Source: Abditibacterium sp. (GTDB lineage: Bacteria; Armatimonadota; Abditibacteriia; Abditibacteriales; Abditibacteriaceae). Taken from it: 64,000 nt of DNA. The notes beneath the pieces are model-generated. The model did not search any database, had not been told where the DNA came from, and was given only the letters and a program-made list of their open reading frames with translations. The stretch lies in NCBI GenBank assembly GCA_965199495.1, contig CBDASK010000003.1:160001-224000 (forward strand), given 5' to 3'. Positions within the stretch are counted from its first letter, which is position 1, and every line of letters begins with the position of its first letter. This document shows, in pieces, positions 12,303 to 21,813 of the stretch. The position numbers and the translations under genes were made by a program.

Positions 12303-13512
12303 AGGAATTGCCAAACGCAAATTGGAAAAAGAAGTCGCACAATTGCTTGGAGAGAAAGGAGCCGCGTGGTGCCTCTCTCATCAACAAGTATGGAACGATT
12401 TGCTCCAAAAGCATCCCGCACAGAAACGAAGCATTGAGGCTTTACATAAATTTTTAGCGATAGACGGCTGGGCTTACTTGATTAATCTTCCCAATCCTGC
12501 GGCTGATAAAGCGGCGACTAAGCGCGTGGCAGAAATCCTCCAAAGCAAACAGTCGCTGGATGCGAAGACAGCGCAATGGGTAGCATCATGCTGGGCGAAT
12601 GCGATGGCACTGATATCGCCTGAGCAGCGTGCCGAATTTCCAAAACATCGTGCTTTCCTGATCTCGTGTTGGCAAGTCGCGTTTCCTAATGAAGCGGCGG
12701 CAATTCAAACGGAGGCAAAGAGAGTTCGGGAAATGGCAGTTTTAGCGGCTGAATCTGAGGCCCGCGCTCAAGCTGCGAGATTAATAGCGGCTGATCCACG
12801 TTGGGGTATGCCTGTGGAGCCTGTGGAAAAGATTTATCCAGGGGGTAATCTTATGCGGGAAGGAACGGAGGGGCGTTTAGGTGGCTTTTTTTCTGAGGAA
12901 CAGAAAAGGGATCATGCAAGAGAGGATGCTATTAAGCAGAAAGAAAAGGATGCAAACAAGGCAAGAGAAGAAGCAGAAAGGCCAGCAAGAGAGCGAGCAG
13001 AGCAAGAGCGTCGTGTAGAGCATTTTATACATCAAAAAATCGTATCCTCGTCTAACACAGGGGATACGCGCCTTGCCAGCGATAATGAGATTTGGCGTCG
13101 CATTCAAGTCGCGCCAAACCAAGCGGCGTTGCGCAGTAAATTAGAAGAAGTGGCAAAAGCCAAAAGGGAACAAGCTCGCGTTGTTGCCGAACGTCAACGC
13201 GCCGAGGAACAGCAAAAACAGAAGTTGCAATCTGAAGCGAATGAGCGTAGGCGAGTTGAGATAGAGAAGAGCAATCAGTTGAAAGCTCAAGCCGCCGAGC
13301 GTCAAAGAATCGAGATAGAGAAACGGAAAGCGTTGCAAGCCGAGGTGGACAAACGTTTGGCTCCGATTCGCGAAGCCGAAAATGAGCGTCGTATGCATCA
13401 GCGAGCTATAGAATATAAGCAGTCGAAGATTCAGAAACATCGTCAAAATTTCCCGCTTCAGTGCGTTGGCTTTAGTGATGAAGAAATTTGGGAACAAATC
13501 GAATGGCTTTGA
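12295..13512 (+). CDS. Hypothetical protein with long E/R/K/Q coiled coil
   Basis: AAGGAG RBS; overlaps the previous stop. Confidence 0.8.
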   Translation: MFEGIAKRKLEKEVAQLLGEKGAAWCLSHQQVWNDLLQKHPAQKRSIEALHKFLAIDGWAYLINLPNPAADKAATKRVAEILQSKQSLDAKTAQWVASCWANAMALISPEQRAEFPKHRAFLISCWQVAFPNEAAAIQTEAKRVREMAVLAAESEARAQAARLIAADPRWGMPVEPVEKIYPGGNLMREGTEGRLGGFFSEEQKRDHAREDAIKQKEKDANKAREEAERPARERAEQERRVEHFIHQKIVSSSNTGDTRLASDNEIWRRIQVAPNQAALRSKLEEVAKAKREQARVVAERQRAEEQQKQKLQSEANERRRVEIEKSNQLKAQAAERQRIEIEKRKALQAEVDKRLAPIREAENERRMHQRAIEYKQSKIQKHRQNFPLQCVGFSDEEIWEQIEWL

Positions 13513-13597
13513 TTTGTTCCCACAACGAACTACATCAAAATTGGCATTTGCTTTAGCGCGAAATTTTGTTATGCTTTTTGCTCAAGGAGAAACACAC

Positions 13598-13801
13598 ATG
13601 ACATTTACACGAAATTTGGTTTGGATTGGCGTCGTGGCTATTGGTTTAGTCTCGTTCGCAGGATGCGCTGACGAGCCAGTGAATCAATATGGAGAAACTG
13701 CGGCAGAAGAGAAACTCAACATACAAGCCGAACAAGAAGGCGCGCGTGATGGGAAAGCCTTAGCGAATCAAATGAAGTCCACGAGAGCAGACGGACAGTA
13801 A
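13598..13801 (+). CDS. Small lipoprotein
   Basis: AAGGAG RBS; signal peptide ending FAGC. Confidence 0.7.
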   Translation: MTFTRNLVWIGVVAIGLVSFAGCADEPVNQYGETAAEEKLNIQAEQEGARDGKALANQMKSTRADGQ

Positions 13802-13826
13802 AAGATTACGCTTGGAAGTAATATTC

Positions 13827-13865
13827 AAAAGGAGCCGGGCCAACATCATTGGCTCGGCTCCTTTT
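13827..13865. terminator. Bidirectional intrinsic terminator
   Basis: AAAAGGAGCCGGGCCAA..TTGGCTCGGCTCCTTTT. Confidence 0.8.
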
Positions 13866-13896
13866 GCTTTTAAGCCGACTGAATTTGCGCGGCTAA

Positions 13897-14094
13897 TTGT
13901 CAAGCAGCGTGGCCGTTGGGCAAACGCTTTATATGAGCGATGGCACGCAATACGGAACCGTCGTGGCTGGGGATGAGGCGCACCAATTTCCCAACGGCGC
14001 CGTCGAACCTGGCGTTTTGGTGGATTACGGCCCGCGCATTCCTGGCCAGCAAAATTGGTTGCCGACGCGCTCGGCGGAAAAGTTTGTTCAATAA
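13897..14094 (+). CDS. Small hypothetical ORF or gene 3' remnant
   Basis: Protein-like 65 aa with a weak TTG start. Confidence 0.4.
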   Translation: MSSSVAVGQTLYMSDGTQYGTVVAGDEAHQFPNGAVEPGVLVDYGPRIPGQQNWLPTRSAEKFVQ

Positions 14095-14097
14095 AGC

Positions 14098-14230
14098 AAA
14101 TATCGCATTGCTTCGGCGCGCAAATTCGGTTGGGATTATTCGTCGGCGTCGCCCAATTTCATCACAATTAACGCGGGCGCGCAATCGCCGCCATTTGGTG
14201 CGCGGCGCGATGGCGAAATGTTTCGCAACG
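14098..14230 (-). pseudogene. Degenerate gene fragment A, copy 1 (copy 2 at 17073-17204)
   Basis: Shared AAATATCGC.TTGCTTCGGCGCGCAAA..TGGGATTAT..GTCGGCGTCGCCC..ATGTTTCGCAACG; in-frame stops. Confidence 0.65.
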
Positions 14231-14368
14231 ATTTGGGCGAAGCGGGCGCGCGCAATGGGATGTTGACGCGCGGTGAATGTGTCGGCGTCGCGTTCGATGA
14301 ATGGCAACCGCGCGGCGTGGCTGGTTGTTGGGGGCGGATATGGCAAACTTGGGGATAGAGGTTAAATT

Positions 14369-14593
14369 ATGTCTTTAAAAGAATTTGTCGCTCACGAAGT
14401 CGAAACTCTGGAAGAATCCGAACTGCGGGCGGTGGCGGAATATGTTTCGTTTCTCAAGTTTCGCGCGCGCACTTCGTTGGACGAAGAACGCCTGGCTTCG
14501 CTTTATCGCGAGTTCGAGGGGGAAGACCGCGAGTTGGCCGAAGCAGGTGTCGCGGATTATGCGGCGGCGCTTTCGCGCGAGGATTCGCAATGA
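14369..14593 (+). CDS. Putative antitoxin
   Basis: Acidic 74 aa (EDRELAEAGVADY); ATGA overlap with the toxin. Confidence 0.8.
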   Translation: MSLKEFVAHEVETLEESELRAVAEYVSFLKFRARTSLDEERLASLYREFEGEDRELAEAGVADYAAALSREDSQ

Positions 14594-14940
14594 CGGGGCG
14601 ACGCGGCGAGATTTGGTTGGCTAATCTCAATCCGATTCAGGGCAGCGAACAAGCGGGCGTTCGTCCCATTCTTATATTTCAGAACGACGCGATCAATCGG
14701 GCCATCGGCACGGCGGTTGTGATTCCGCTGACTTCTAATTTGCGGCGCGCGGCTTTGCCTTCGTGTGTTCAAGTCGCGCAGGGTGAAGGCGGTTTGACGG
14801 CAGAATCGGTTCTGTTGTGCCATCAAATGCGCGTGTTGGACGAATCGCGGTTGATTCGTAAATTGGGTAAAGTCAGCGCGCAGACGATGGGCGAGGTAGA
14901 AACTGGCGTGCTTTATACTCTGGGCATTCGCACAAGTTGA
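14590..14940 (+). CDS. mazF: PemK/MazF family endoribonuclease toxin
   Basis: RGEIWLANLNPIQGSEQAGVRPILIFQND..VIPLTS..QMRVLDESRL. Confidence 0.92.
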   Translation: MTGRRGEIWLANLNPIQGSEQAGVRPILIFQNDAINRAIGTAVVIPLTSNLRRAALPSCVQVAQGEGGLTAESVLLCHQMRVLDESRLIRKLGKVSAQTMGEVETGVLYTLGIRTS

Positions 14941-15265
14941 ACGAACGTTTGCTCAGTTCCGGTTTCTCATTCCGCCGTTTCAATCGCCTAACTTTCGTAG
15001 CCGACGAGACGAGCCACGGCGGCGGCACTGGCTTCGATTTCGGCGGGATGAGCTACGCCAAATTTAGAATGTTTGGTTTTCTATGAGGATTTCATTTTAA
15101 CGACACGACTATTGCCCCTTAAAATCTCTCAACATAGAACAGACATATTTATAAGTGAGTAATAATTACGAAGTTTCAAAGGTTGGGATAAGATTGAGAT
15201 ATCGCAGCGCACATTTAGCTAATCTCTGGATTACATGGCTTCAACGGTTGCGGTAAGGAGACAAA

Positions 15266-15469
15266 ATGACAATTAAAGATTTTGAGAAGGGAAACATATT
15301 GAACAGGGCTGCTGCTGGAATCACCGTCTGTTTAGCAGGTAGCCTGCTCATTTTCCTTGGCGATGGTCACGATAGCCTTGTGTCAAAGATGATTGTGGTG
15401 TGCGGCGTGGCTGTCACAATCGTTGGCCTTGGTTTTCTTCGTTACCTCACGTTTGAAAGGAAAAATTAG
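15266..15469 (+). CDS. Small 2-TM membrane protein
   Basis: TAAGGAG RBS and two hydrophobic segments. Confidence 0.7.
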   Translation: MTIKDFEKGNILNRAAAGITVCLAGSLLIFLGDGHDSLVSKMIVVCGVAVTIVGLGFLRYLTFERKN

Positions 15470-15558
15470 CGGAATACGACGCGAACCTTCCGCCGACAAA
15501 AGGTTTTCATGGCGTGCAGAAGCCGCTACACGCGTTTTGCTTCAACGCGAAATTTGGG

Positions 15559-15594
15559 AAGGAGTCGGGCGGGATAATTGGCCCGACTCCTTTT
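15559..15594 (+). terminator. Intrinsic terminator, related in sequence to 13827-13865
   Basis: AAGGAGTCGGGC..GCCCGACTCCTTTT. Confidence 0.7.
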
Positions 15595-15653
15595 GGCTTT
15601 AGCGTGGCTGCGTGTGCGATGAAATCGCGCGGGTGCCGAAATATATCGCCGAT

Positions 15654-15766
15654 GTAGAGACACCGACTTGTTGTGTCTAAAATGTTGAATGTGCCGAAAC
15701 ATAACGCATTGAGCGATATGTCATCGAAATTACGACGTTTTAGACACGACAAGTCGGTGTCTCTAC
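15654..15766. repeat. REPIN family A
   Basis: GTAGAGACACCGACTTG..CAAGTCGGTGTCTCTAC. Confidence 0.9.
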
Positions 15767-15928
15767 GGGGCGGCAACTCTCATAGCCCACAAGACGAGCC
15801 ACGGCGGCGCTGGCTGCGCTTTCGGCAACCGAAATTTTCTCCAATCCGCTTTTGACGATAACGCGCGAATTGACATTGATTTACAATTGGCGAGCCGCTC
15901 ATCTGAGAATCCTTTTATAATCTTTGGC

Positions 15929-16993
15929 ATGAACCCCCAATTTGTGAAGTCACAATTCATGCCCATGATCGGGATTGCGGCGATGCTACTCGCCACGTCT
16001 TTGATTGGCTCGACGGCCTCGGCTCAGAAGGTTTTGAGGTATTCCGACCATGAACCGCTGGGTGGAATGCGCACCAAATTCCTTAAAGACGTGTTTTTCG
16101 CGGCCATCGAAAAGGAATCGCAGGGCCGTCTGAAAGTCGAAGATCACTGGGATAGCACGGTTGCTACGGGCTATGATGCTCTGCGCGTGGCTGGTGAAGG
16201 GCAGGCTGCGGATATGGCTGTCGTCGTGCCCGAATACAAGGCCGAGGATCTGCCTTTGCACCAGATTTTCAAGAGCTTTCCCACTGGCCCGACCGGAAAT
16301 AAACAGGTGGAGTTTTTCCGCCGCGTCTATGCCGAAGTCCCGGATTTTTCGGCGGAACTGGCGAAAAATAATGTGGTCGAGGTCTTTCTGGCGACCGGCT
16401 ATCCCGTCGCCTTTTTCAGCAACCAACCCCTGAAAACACTCAAAGACATCAAAGGAGAAAAGTGGCGCTCCGCCAGTTTTTGGCACAAGGACGCTCTACA
16501 AAACGCGGGAGCGATTCCTATAACGATGCCCTGGGGCGAAGCAGTTTTCAAGGCTCTGCAAGACAAAACACTGGACGGACTGATGGTCAACGTGGACAGC
16601 GGATATATGCTAAATGTCCACACAGCCGCGCCCAATGTGCTATTATCCAAAGATTTATGGTTGGGCCATCTTTATATTGTGGCGATGAACCAAGAGACCT
16701 GGAATGGGCTGGCGCCAGAAGACAAAGCGGCCATTCAACGCGCCGCCGCAATCGCCTATAAGTCACTGGGCGATGTCATGGACAGCAGCTTCGACGCGAT
16801 GACCAAAGAGATGAAGCAGGAAGGCGTGAAACTTCGGTTTTTGAAGCGCAGAGAATTGAACGCGTGGGAGAAAGCGACCAAGTATCGTGAGATACAGGCG
16901 AATTGGGTGAAGGAGCAGCAAGGCAAAGGCGTGAAAGATGCTGGCCCTGTGATGGAAAAAGTCAGAGCGATTTTAAACGATTCCACTCGATAG
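15929..16993 (+). CDS. TRAP transporter substrate-binding protein (DctP-like), orphan
   Basis: Signal peptide, LRYSDHEP, IEKESQGRLKVE, PLKTLKDIKG.KWR, GAIPITMPWGEAVFKALQDKTLDG. Confidence 0.85.
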   Translation: MNPQFVKSQFMPMIGIAAMLLATSLIGSTASAQKVLRYSDHEPLGGMRTKFLKDVFFAAIEKESQGRLKVEDHWDSTVATGYDALRVAGEGQAADMAVVVPEYKAEDLPLHQIFKSFPTGPTGNKQVEFFRRVYAEVPDFSAELAKNNVVEVFLATGYPVAFFSNQPLKTLKDIKGEKWRSASFWHKDALQNAGAIPITMPWGEAVFKALQDKTLDGLMVNVDSGYMLNVHTAAPNVLLSKDLWLGHLYIVAMNQETWNGLAPEDKAAIQRAAAIAYKSLGDVMDSSFDAMTKEMKQEGVKLRFLKRRELNAWEKATKYREIQANWVKEQQGKGVKDAGPVMEKVRAILNDSTR

Positions 16994-17072
16994 ACTGCGT
17001 GAGACAACTCGGATTGCAACGCGCTGAATCAATTCTCTACAAATCAGGCGCGGCGAAACCAAAGGGAAGGGA

Positions 17073-17204
17073 AAATATCGCGTTGCTTCGGCGCGCAAAG
17101 TGGGCTGGGATTATGAGTCGGCGTCGCCCTATTCCATTACGCTCCACGCCTATGCCGAAACACGGAATTTGGTGTCCAGCGCGCGGGTGAGATGTTTCGC
17201 AACG
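17073..17204 (-). pseudogene. Degenerate gene fragment A, copy 2
   Basis: See 14098-14230. Confidence 0.65.
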
Positions 17205-17208
17205 GTTG

Positions 17209-17424
17209 TCAATGTTGCGACAAATTGGTGTCGCGCTTTAAAGCGCCTTTGAAGCAGACGTAACAGATGAGGCCCGAAATAATGAGTCTCGCGAGCGCGC
17301 CCAACAAACGGCTTACGCCGAATTCGTTGCCGAAGATGAAGGGGGAACTGCGCAGCAATTTCAGCAGAATGCCCAGAAACCAAAAGGCGGCCAAAGCGCC
17401 GACAATGATTTCGAGAATTTTCAT
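17209..17424 (-). CDS. Small membrane protein
   Basis: 71 aa with two hydrophobic segments. Confidence 0.6.
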   Translation of the reverse strand: MKILEIIVGALAAFWFLGILLKLLRSSPFIFGNEFGVSRLLGALARLIISGLICYVCFKGALKRDTNLSQH

Positions 17425-17440
17425 GGGTTTTCTTCCCGGT

Positions 17441-17749
17441 TCAGCGCATCAAAAACGGCGCCGCCACGTCGCGCACGATCCAGATATTGAAGCCGTTGCA
17501 AACCAATAGCATCAACGCAGCCACGGGCACAGCAGCGACGAGCGAGATTTTGGCCGCGCGCACCAAGCGTGACGGATTGGGCAGCGCGCGATCCAGCGCC
17601 GTGGCTGCACTTAGCGCCCAACGTTGCGAGGGCGTGCGCATTGCGGCGAAATCAACGAGCGCGGCGCAACTCCAGCAGAAAAACGGCGCGCGGCCCTCGT
17701 CATCGAGATGCGTGAGTTGCGCGCAGTGGGGACATTTGCGAATCGTCAT
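17441..17749 (-). CDS. Zinc-ribbon (CPHC..CWSC) protein with C-terminal TM
   Basis: Start at ATG 17749; the upstream ORF extension lies inside a palindromic repeat. Confidence 0.7.
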   Translation of the reverse strand: MTIRKCPHCAQLTHLDDEGRAPFFCWSCAALVDFAAMRTPSQRWALSAATALDRALPNPSRLVRAAKISLVAAVPVAALMLLVCNGFNIWIVRDVAAPFLMR

Positions 17750-17765
17750 GGTTTGTTTTTCCGTC

Positions 17766-17986
17766 GTAATTTGCAATTTGGAAGCAAGAGCGGGGGCGTC
17801 CACACCCCTCTGGGCTTCGCCCATCTCCCCCTCCGAAAGGGGAGAATCGCTTTTACCGTTCATTTTTCGTGATAGTTCTGGCAATGTCGAGGGTTTGAGC
17901 GCCTTTCCCCCTCTGAAAGGGGGAGATGGGCGAAGCCCAGAGGGGGTGTGGACGCCCCCGCTCTTGCTTCCAAATTGCAAAATTAC
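17766..17986. repeat. Long palindrome, family E (CTCTGGGCTTCGCCCATCTCCCC)
   Basis: Arms of about 80 bp; second copy at 63207-63386. Confidence 0.9.
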
Positions 17987-18005
17987 AAACATATAATTCA
18001 ACACG

Positions 18006-19034
18006 CTATTTGCGCCCCGGCCAACTCTGCGCGCGATTCCAAAAATCGTCGTCTCGCCCGCCGTAATAATCGCTCAAAACTTCGTCCATCGCTTCCATCG
18101 TGCGCAGGGCGCTGCGGCCCGTCGAAAGCGCGACGCCCTGCCCGCGCAGTTCGTCCACGATGGTTTGCACCAAACGCCTGTGAACCGGTTGCGGCGCGCG
18201 ACCATCGAAAGTTTGCGCGCCGTTTTTCGATTCGACGAGGATGTCGTCGCCGCCGAAACACGACATCGAAAGTTTGGCCTTATCGCCGATAACTTCGATT
18301 TTATCTATGTTCTCACTCGCCGCGAAGTTCCATGCAGCCACGGCGGGCGCGCCCATCGCGATAAAGCTCATCGCAACGCTGTCTTCGACCTTAATTTCTG
18401 GCGTCGCAACGTTTTTGGCGTTGCCCGCGATGTTTTGAAGCGGGCCGAAAATGTAATCGAAAGCGTCCAATAAATGGCTGGCCAAATCGTAAAATAATCC
18501 GGCGCCCGCGCTTTCGGGCACCAATCGCCACGGCAAATTATCGGCGTCCAACGTTTCATCGCGCGGCAGAAACAAACGATAAGAAACGCCGGTTATCGCG
18601 CCCAATTCGCCTCTTTCGACCAAGCGTTTGGCGGTTTGAAAACGCTCTAATCCGCGCCGGTAAAAGCCGACGTAAAGCGGCACACCTGCGCGCTCGAATG
18701 CCTCGCACATCTGGCGCGATTCGGCGGCGCTGCGCGCCATCGGCTTTTCGACGTAACACGGTTTGCCCGCCGCCGCCACTTGCAGCGTGTAATGCAAATG
18801 CGTGTCGGGCGGCGTGGCGACGTAAACCGCATTGACATCAGGATGATTGATAACCTCGGCGGCGTTATCGGACGAAAATGGCACGTTGTGGCGGCGCGCG
18901 AAATCGGCGGCCAAATCGCCATCGCGTCGCATCACGGCGACGAGTTCCGAGCCGCCAGCCAGTTGAAACGCCGGGCCGCTTTTGATTTCACAGACATCGC
19001 CGCAACCGATGATGCCCCATTTGATAATTTGCAT
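18006..19034 (-). CDS. Gfo/Idh/MocA oxidoreductase
   Basis: WGIIGCG, AVYVATPP, YVEKPMA, DLASHLLD. Confidence 0.93.
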   Translation of the reverse strand: MQIIKWGIIGCGDVCEIKSGPAFQLAGGSELVAVMRRDGDLAADFARRHNVPFSSDNAAEVINHPDVNAVYVATPPDTHLHYTLQVAAAGKPCYVEKPMARSAAESRQMCEAFERAGVPLYVGFYRRGLERFQTAKRLVERGELGAITGVSYRLFLPRDETLDADNLPWRLVPESAGAGLFYDLASHLLDAFDYIFGPLQNIAGNAKNVATPEIKVEDSVAMSFIAMGAPAVAAWNFAASENIDKIEVIGDKAKLSMSCFGGDDILVESKNGAQTFDGRAPQPVHRRLVQTIVDELRGQGVALSTGRSALRTMEAMDEVLSDYYGGRDDDFWNRAQSWPGRK

Positions 19035-19061
19035 ATTTTGTAAGGAGTCAGTTTTTCAGGC

Positions 19062-19193
19062 GTCATTTCGAGCGAAGCCGAGAAATCTTTCGCCCGCGCG
19101 GCAGCGCAGGTTCAAGAAACTTCGACGCCCAAGATAAACCGTGATCTCCGCTGGCGCGGGGCCGACAGCTTTCTCGGCTTCGCTCGAAATGAC
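19062..19193. repeat. Palindrome family F (GTCATTTCGAGC..GCTCGAAATGAC)
   Basis: Inverted arms; relative at 35046-35241. Confidence 0.85.
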
Positions 19194-19239
19194 AAACGCG
19201 GGCCAAATGCGTAAATTCTGTCTCCTGCCTCCTGAAAAA

Positions 19240-19776
19240 CTATCCCAACCGCCGCCGATACAAAGCCAGCAAACCACAAATCGTTTTGGAATCGCGAATT
19301 TCGCCGCTATCAATCAACGGCAATAGTTCTTCCAGCGTCATCGGAATCAGATCGATGTTTTCGTCTTCTTCGGGTTGGGCGCCGACGAGTTTCAGGTCTT
19401 CGCCCAGAAAGCCATACATCATTTCGCTCGAATAGCCGGGCGCCAGATAGCATTGAAAAATCAGCGTGAGTTTTCCGGCTTCGTAACCGATCTCTTCGAT
19501 GAGTTCGCGGCCCGCACAATCGCGCGGGTCTTCGCCTTTTTCGATGCCGCCGGCGGGCAGTTCCCACAGATATTCCTGCACGGCGCTGCGCCATTGTTTG
19601 ATCATGCCAATTTTGCCGTCGGGCAAGATGGGGATAATGGAAACGGCGCCGCCGTGTTCCATAATTTCGCGTTTGGTGACGTTGCCGGACGGCAATTCGA
19701 TGGTATCAACGCGCAAATTGACGACTTTACCGTCGAAAATTTGCTCGGAAGAAAGGACTTTTTCGGGAGAGTTCAC
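19240..19776 (-). CDS. NUDIX hydrolase (ADP-ribose pyrophosphatase-like)
   Basis: ELPAGGIEKGEDPRDCAGRELIEEIGY Nudix box. Confidence 0.92.
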   Translation of the reverse strand: MNSPEKVLSSEQIFDGKVVNLRVDTIELPSGNVTKREIMEHGGAVSIIPILPDGKIGMIKQWRSAVQEYLWELPAGGIEKGEDPRDCAGRELIEEIGYEAGKLTLIFQCYLAPGYSSEMMYGFLGEDLKLVGAQPEEDENIDLIPMTLEELLPLIDSGEIRDSKTICGLLALYRRRLG

Positions 19777-19777
19777 A

Positions 19778-19892
19778 GGGGAAAGGATAGAAGATTAAGG
19801 TGCAATGATAAAGGGCAAAACGCGAAATCAATCGCGAGCAAAATGTTTTTCCTTCTCTTTATGCTTGCGCCTTAATCTTCTATCCTTTCCCC
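19778..19892. repeat. Inverted repeat filling a divergent intergenic region
   Basis: GGGGAAAGGATAGAAGATTAAGG (19778-19800) / CCTTAATCTTCTATCCTTTCCCC (19870-19892). Confidence 0.85.
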
Positions 19893-20618
19893 GTGCGACG
19901 TTTTCTCATTTTCACTGCACTCGCGGCGCTCATCATCTGGGGATTTATTTCATATAACGCGCGCGCCGATGGCGGATGGCACAAGCTCGATAGCGGCGTA
20001 GAAGTTCGCACGATTTCGCGTCGCTTTGGTTTGTCCACGCAAACCATTACGGCGGTGCGCGCGCCCGCCAATCGCGTTCATATCGCGAGCGGTTCGATTT
20101 TGCGCGCGTCCGATTGGATCAAAAATCGCGGCGCTATCGCCGCGATTAACGGCGGCTATTTCGACGAAAACAGCAAATCCATCGGTCTGCGCGTTTCCGA
20201 TGGCAAACGCACCAGCGAGTTTTATCCAAAAGCCAATTGGGGCGTTTTCACCATCCGCGACGGCAAAGCCGCGATCACGCACACGCGCGATTACAAAGGT
20301 TCGCCAACAACGCAACAGGCGTTGCAATGCGGCCCGCGCTTGGTCGTGAGCGGCAAAGTCACCGATCTGAAACCGCAGTCGGCGCGCCGTAGCGGCATTG
20401 GCATTGCGGCCAATGGCGACGTGATAATCGCCGTCTCCGATGGCGCGCTGTCGTTCGACGATTGGGCCAAACTCTGGGCCGACAAAAGCGGTTTGAATTG
20501 TCGCGATGCGCTCAATTTGGATGGCGGGCCGTCCACGCAATTAAGCGTAGTTTCGGCGAAAAATCCGGTCGACGTGCGCGGTGGCTGGCCGGTGCCGGAC
20601 GCGGTTGTGATTAAATAA
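19893..20618 (+). CDS. Phosphodiester glycosidase (NAGPA) family exported protein
   Basis: AAINGGYF, QCGPRLV, RRSGIGI, ALNLDGGPST. Confidence 0.88.
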   Translation: MRRFLIFTALAALIIWGFISYNARADGGWHKLDSGVEVRTISRRFGLSTQTITAVRAPANRVHIASGSILRASDWIKNRGAIAAINGGYFDENSKSIGLRVSDGKRTSEFYPKANWGVFTIRDGKAAITHTRDYKGSPTTQQALQCGPRLVVSGKVTDLKPQSARRSGIGIAANGDVIIAVSDGALSFDDWAKLWADKSGLNCRDALNLDGGPSTQLSVVSAKNPVDVRGGWPVPDAVVIK

Positions 20619-20763
20619 GCCACAGAGGACACGGATGACGCACAGAAAAACACAGAGAGAACGAAGGAACCAAATTGAAGAGGAGATCGCTTTCTTCGAC
20701 TTTATATTTTCTTCGTTCTCTCTGTGTTTTTCTGTGCGTCATCCGTGTCCTCTGTGGCTTATT
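20614..20763. repeat. Palindrome family H (CCACAGAGGACAC..GTGTCCTCTGTGG)
   Basis: Arms of about 54 bp; they include the TAA stops of both convergent genes. Confidence 0.9.
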
Positions 20764-21748
20764 CCGCCGCGAACATCTCGCGAATCACGGTTTCAATTTC
20801 GACTTCTGCCACGCTCAAATCCAAAACCTGCAACTCGGCCAACAAACGATTGACGCATTGCGGCACTTGCTCGCGCGGAACCGACAAACTCAAACGCGCG
20901 CCTTCGTGTTGAACGTTCTCGCCCAGTTCGTTCGCCAGCTTCAATGCAGCCACGTCGGGCGGCGCTTTCAAAGTTAAGCCAATACGCCGCAACGGTGCGA
21001 ACCGTTCGGTGAGTTCGCCCAACTCGCCATCGAAGACCGCTTGGCCGCCGTTAATCACCATCACGCGCTTACACAAAGCCTCGATGTCAGCCATGTAATG
21101 CGAAGTCAAAATTACCGTTAATCCAGTGCGCTGGTTGTATTCACGCAGAAACTCGCGGATGCGACTTTGCGAAATCAAATCGAGGCCAATTGTCGGTTCG
21201 TCCAAAAACAAAACTTCGGGCGAATGCAACAGCGACGCCGCCAATTCGCATTTCATGCGCTCGCCCAGACTCAACTTACGCACCGGCTGTTTCAATAATT
21301 TGGTGATATCCAAAAGTTCGCCCAATTCGGCGACTTTGGCGTCGAAAACCCCGCGCGGAATTTGATAAATTTCCTGATTTAACTCGAACGAATCGTAGGC
21401 GGGCAAATCCCACCACAACTGATTCTTCTGGCCCAAAACCAACGAAAAGCGCCGTTGAAACTGCGCCTCGCGCTTCCACGGCAGAAATCCCATCACGCGC
21501 GCCTCGCCGCTCGACGGATGCAAAACGCCTGATAGCATTTTGAGCGTCGTGGTTTTCCCAGCGCCATTTGGCCCCAGAAATCCGACGAATTCGCCTTTGC
21601 CAATCTCGAAATTTAAATCGTCAACCGCGATTTTGGTTTGATATTGGCGTTTAAATAAACCTTTCAAAGCGCCAGAAAAGCCGGGTTCTTTGAGGTGCGT
21701 GGTAAATTCGCGCCGCAAATGCGACACGACGATAGCGGGTTCTTCCAT
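20759..21748 (-). CDS. ABC-2 type transporter ATP-binding protein
   Basis: GPNGAGKTT, LSLGERMK, FLDEPTIGLD, TSHYM. Confidence 0.95.
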   Translation of the reverse strand: MEEPAIVVSHLRREFTTHLKEPGFSGALKGLFKRQYQTKIAVDDLNFEIGKGEFVGFLGPNGAGKTTTLKMLSGVLHPSSGEARVMGFLPWKREAQFQRRFSLVLGQKNQLWWDLPAYDSFELNQEIYQIPRGVFDAKVAELGELLDITKLLKQPVRKLSLGERMKCELAASLLHSPEVLFLDEPTIGLDLISQSRIREFLREYNQRTGLTVILTSHYMADIEALCKRVMVINGGQAVFDGELGELTERFAPLRRIGLTLKAPPDVAALKLANELGENVQHEGARLSLSVPREQVPQCVNRLLAELQVLDLSVAEVEIETVIREMFAAE

Positions 21749-21813
21749 GACACAGAGTTTGGCGTGATTGGGTCGGGGCGCGTGTTGTAAAATATCTCGA
21801 TAGAAAATTCATT

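Noticed and set aside
17750..18004. N-terminal extension of ORF 17441-18004
   Set aside because: It lies within the family E palindrome; the start at 17749 gives a coherent protein.
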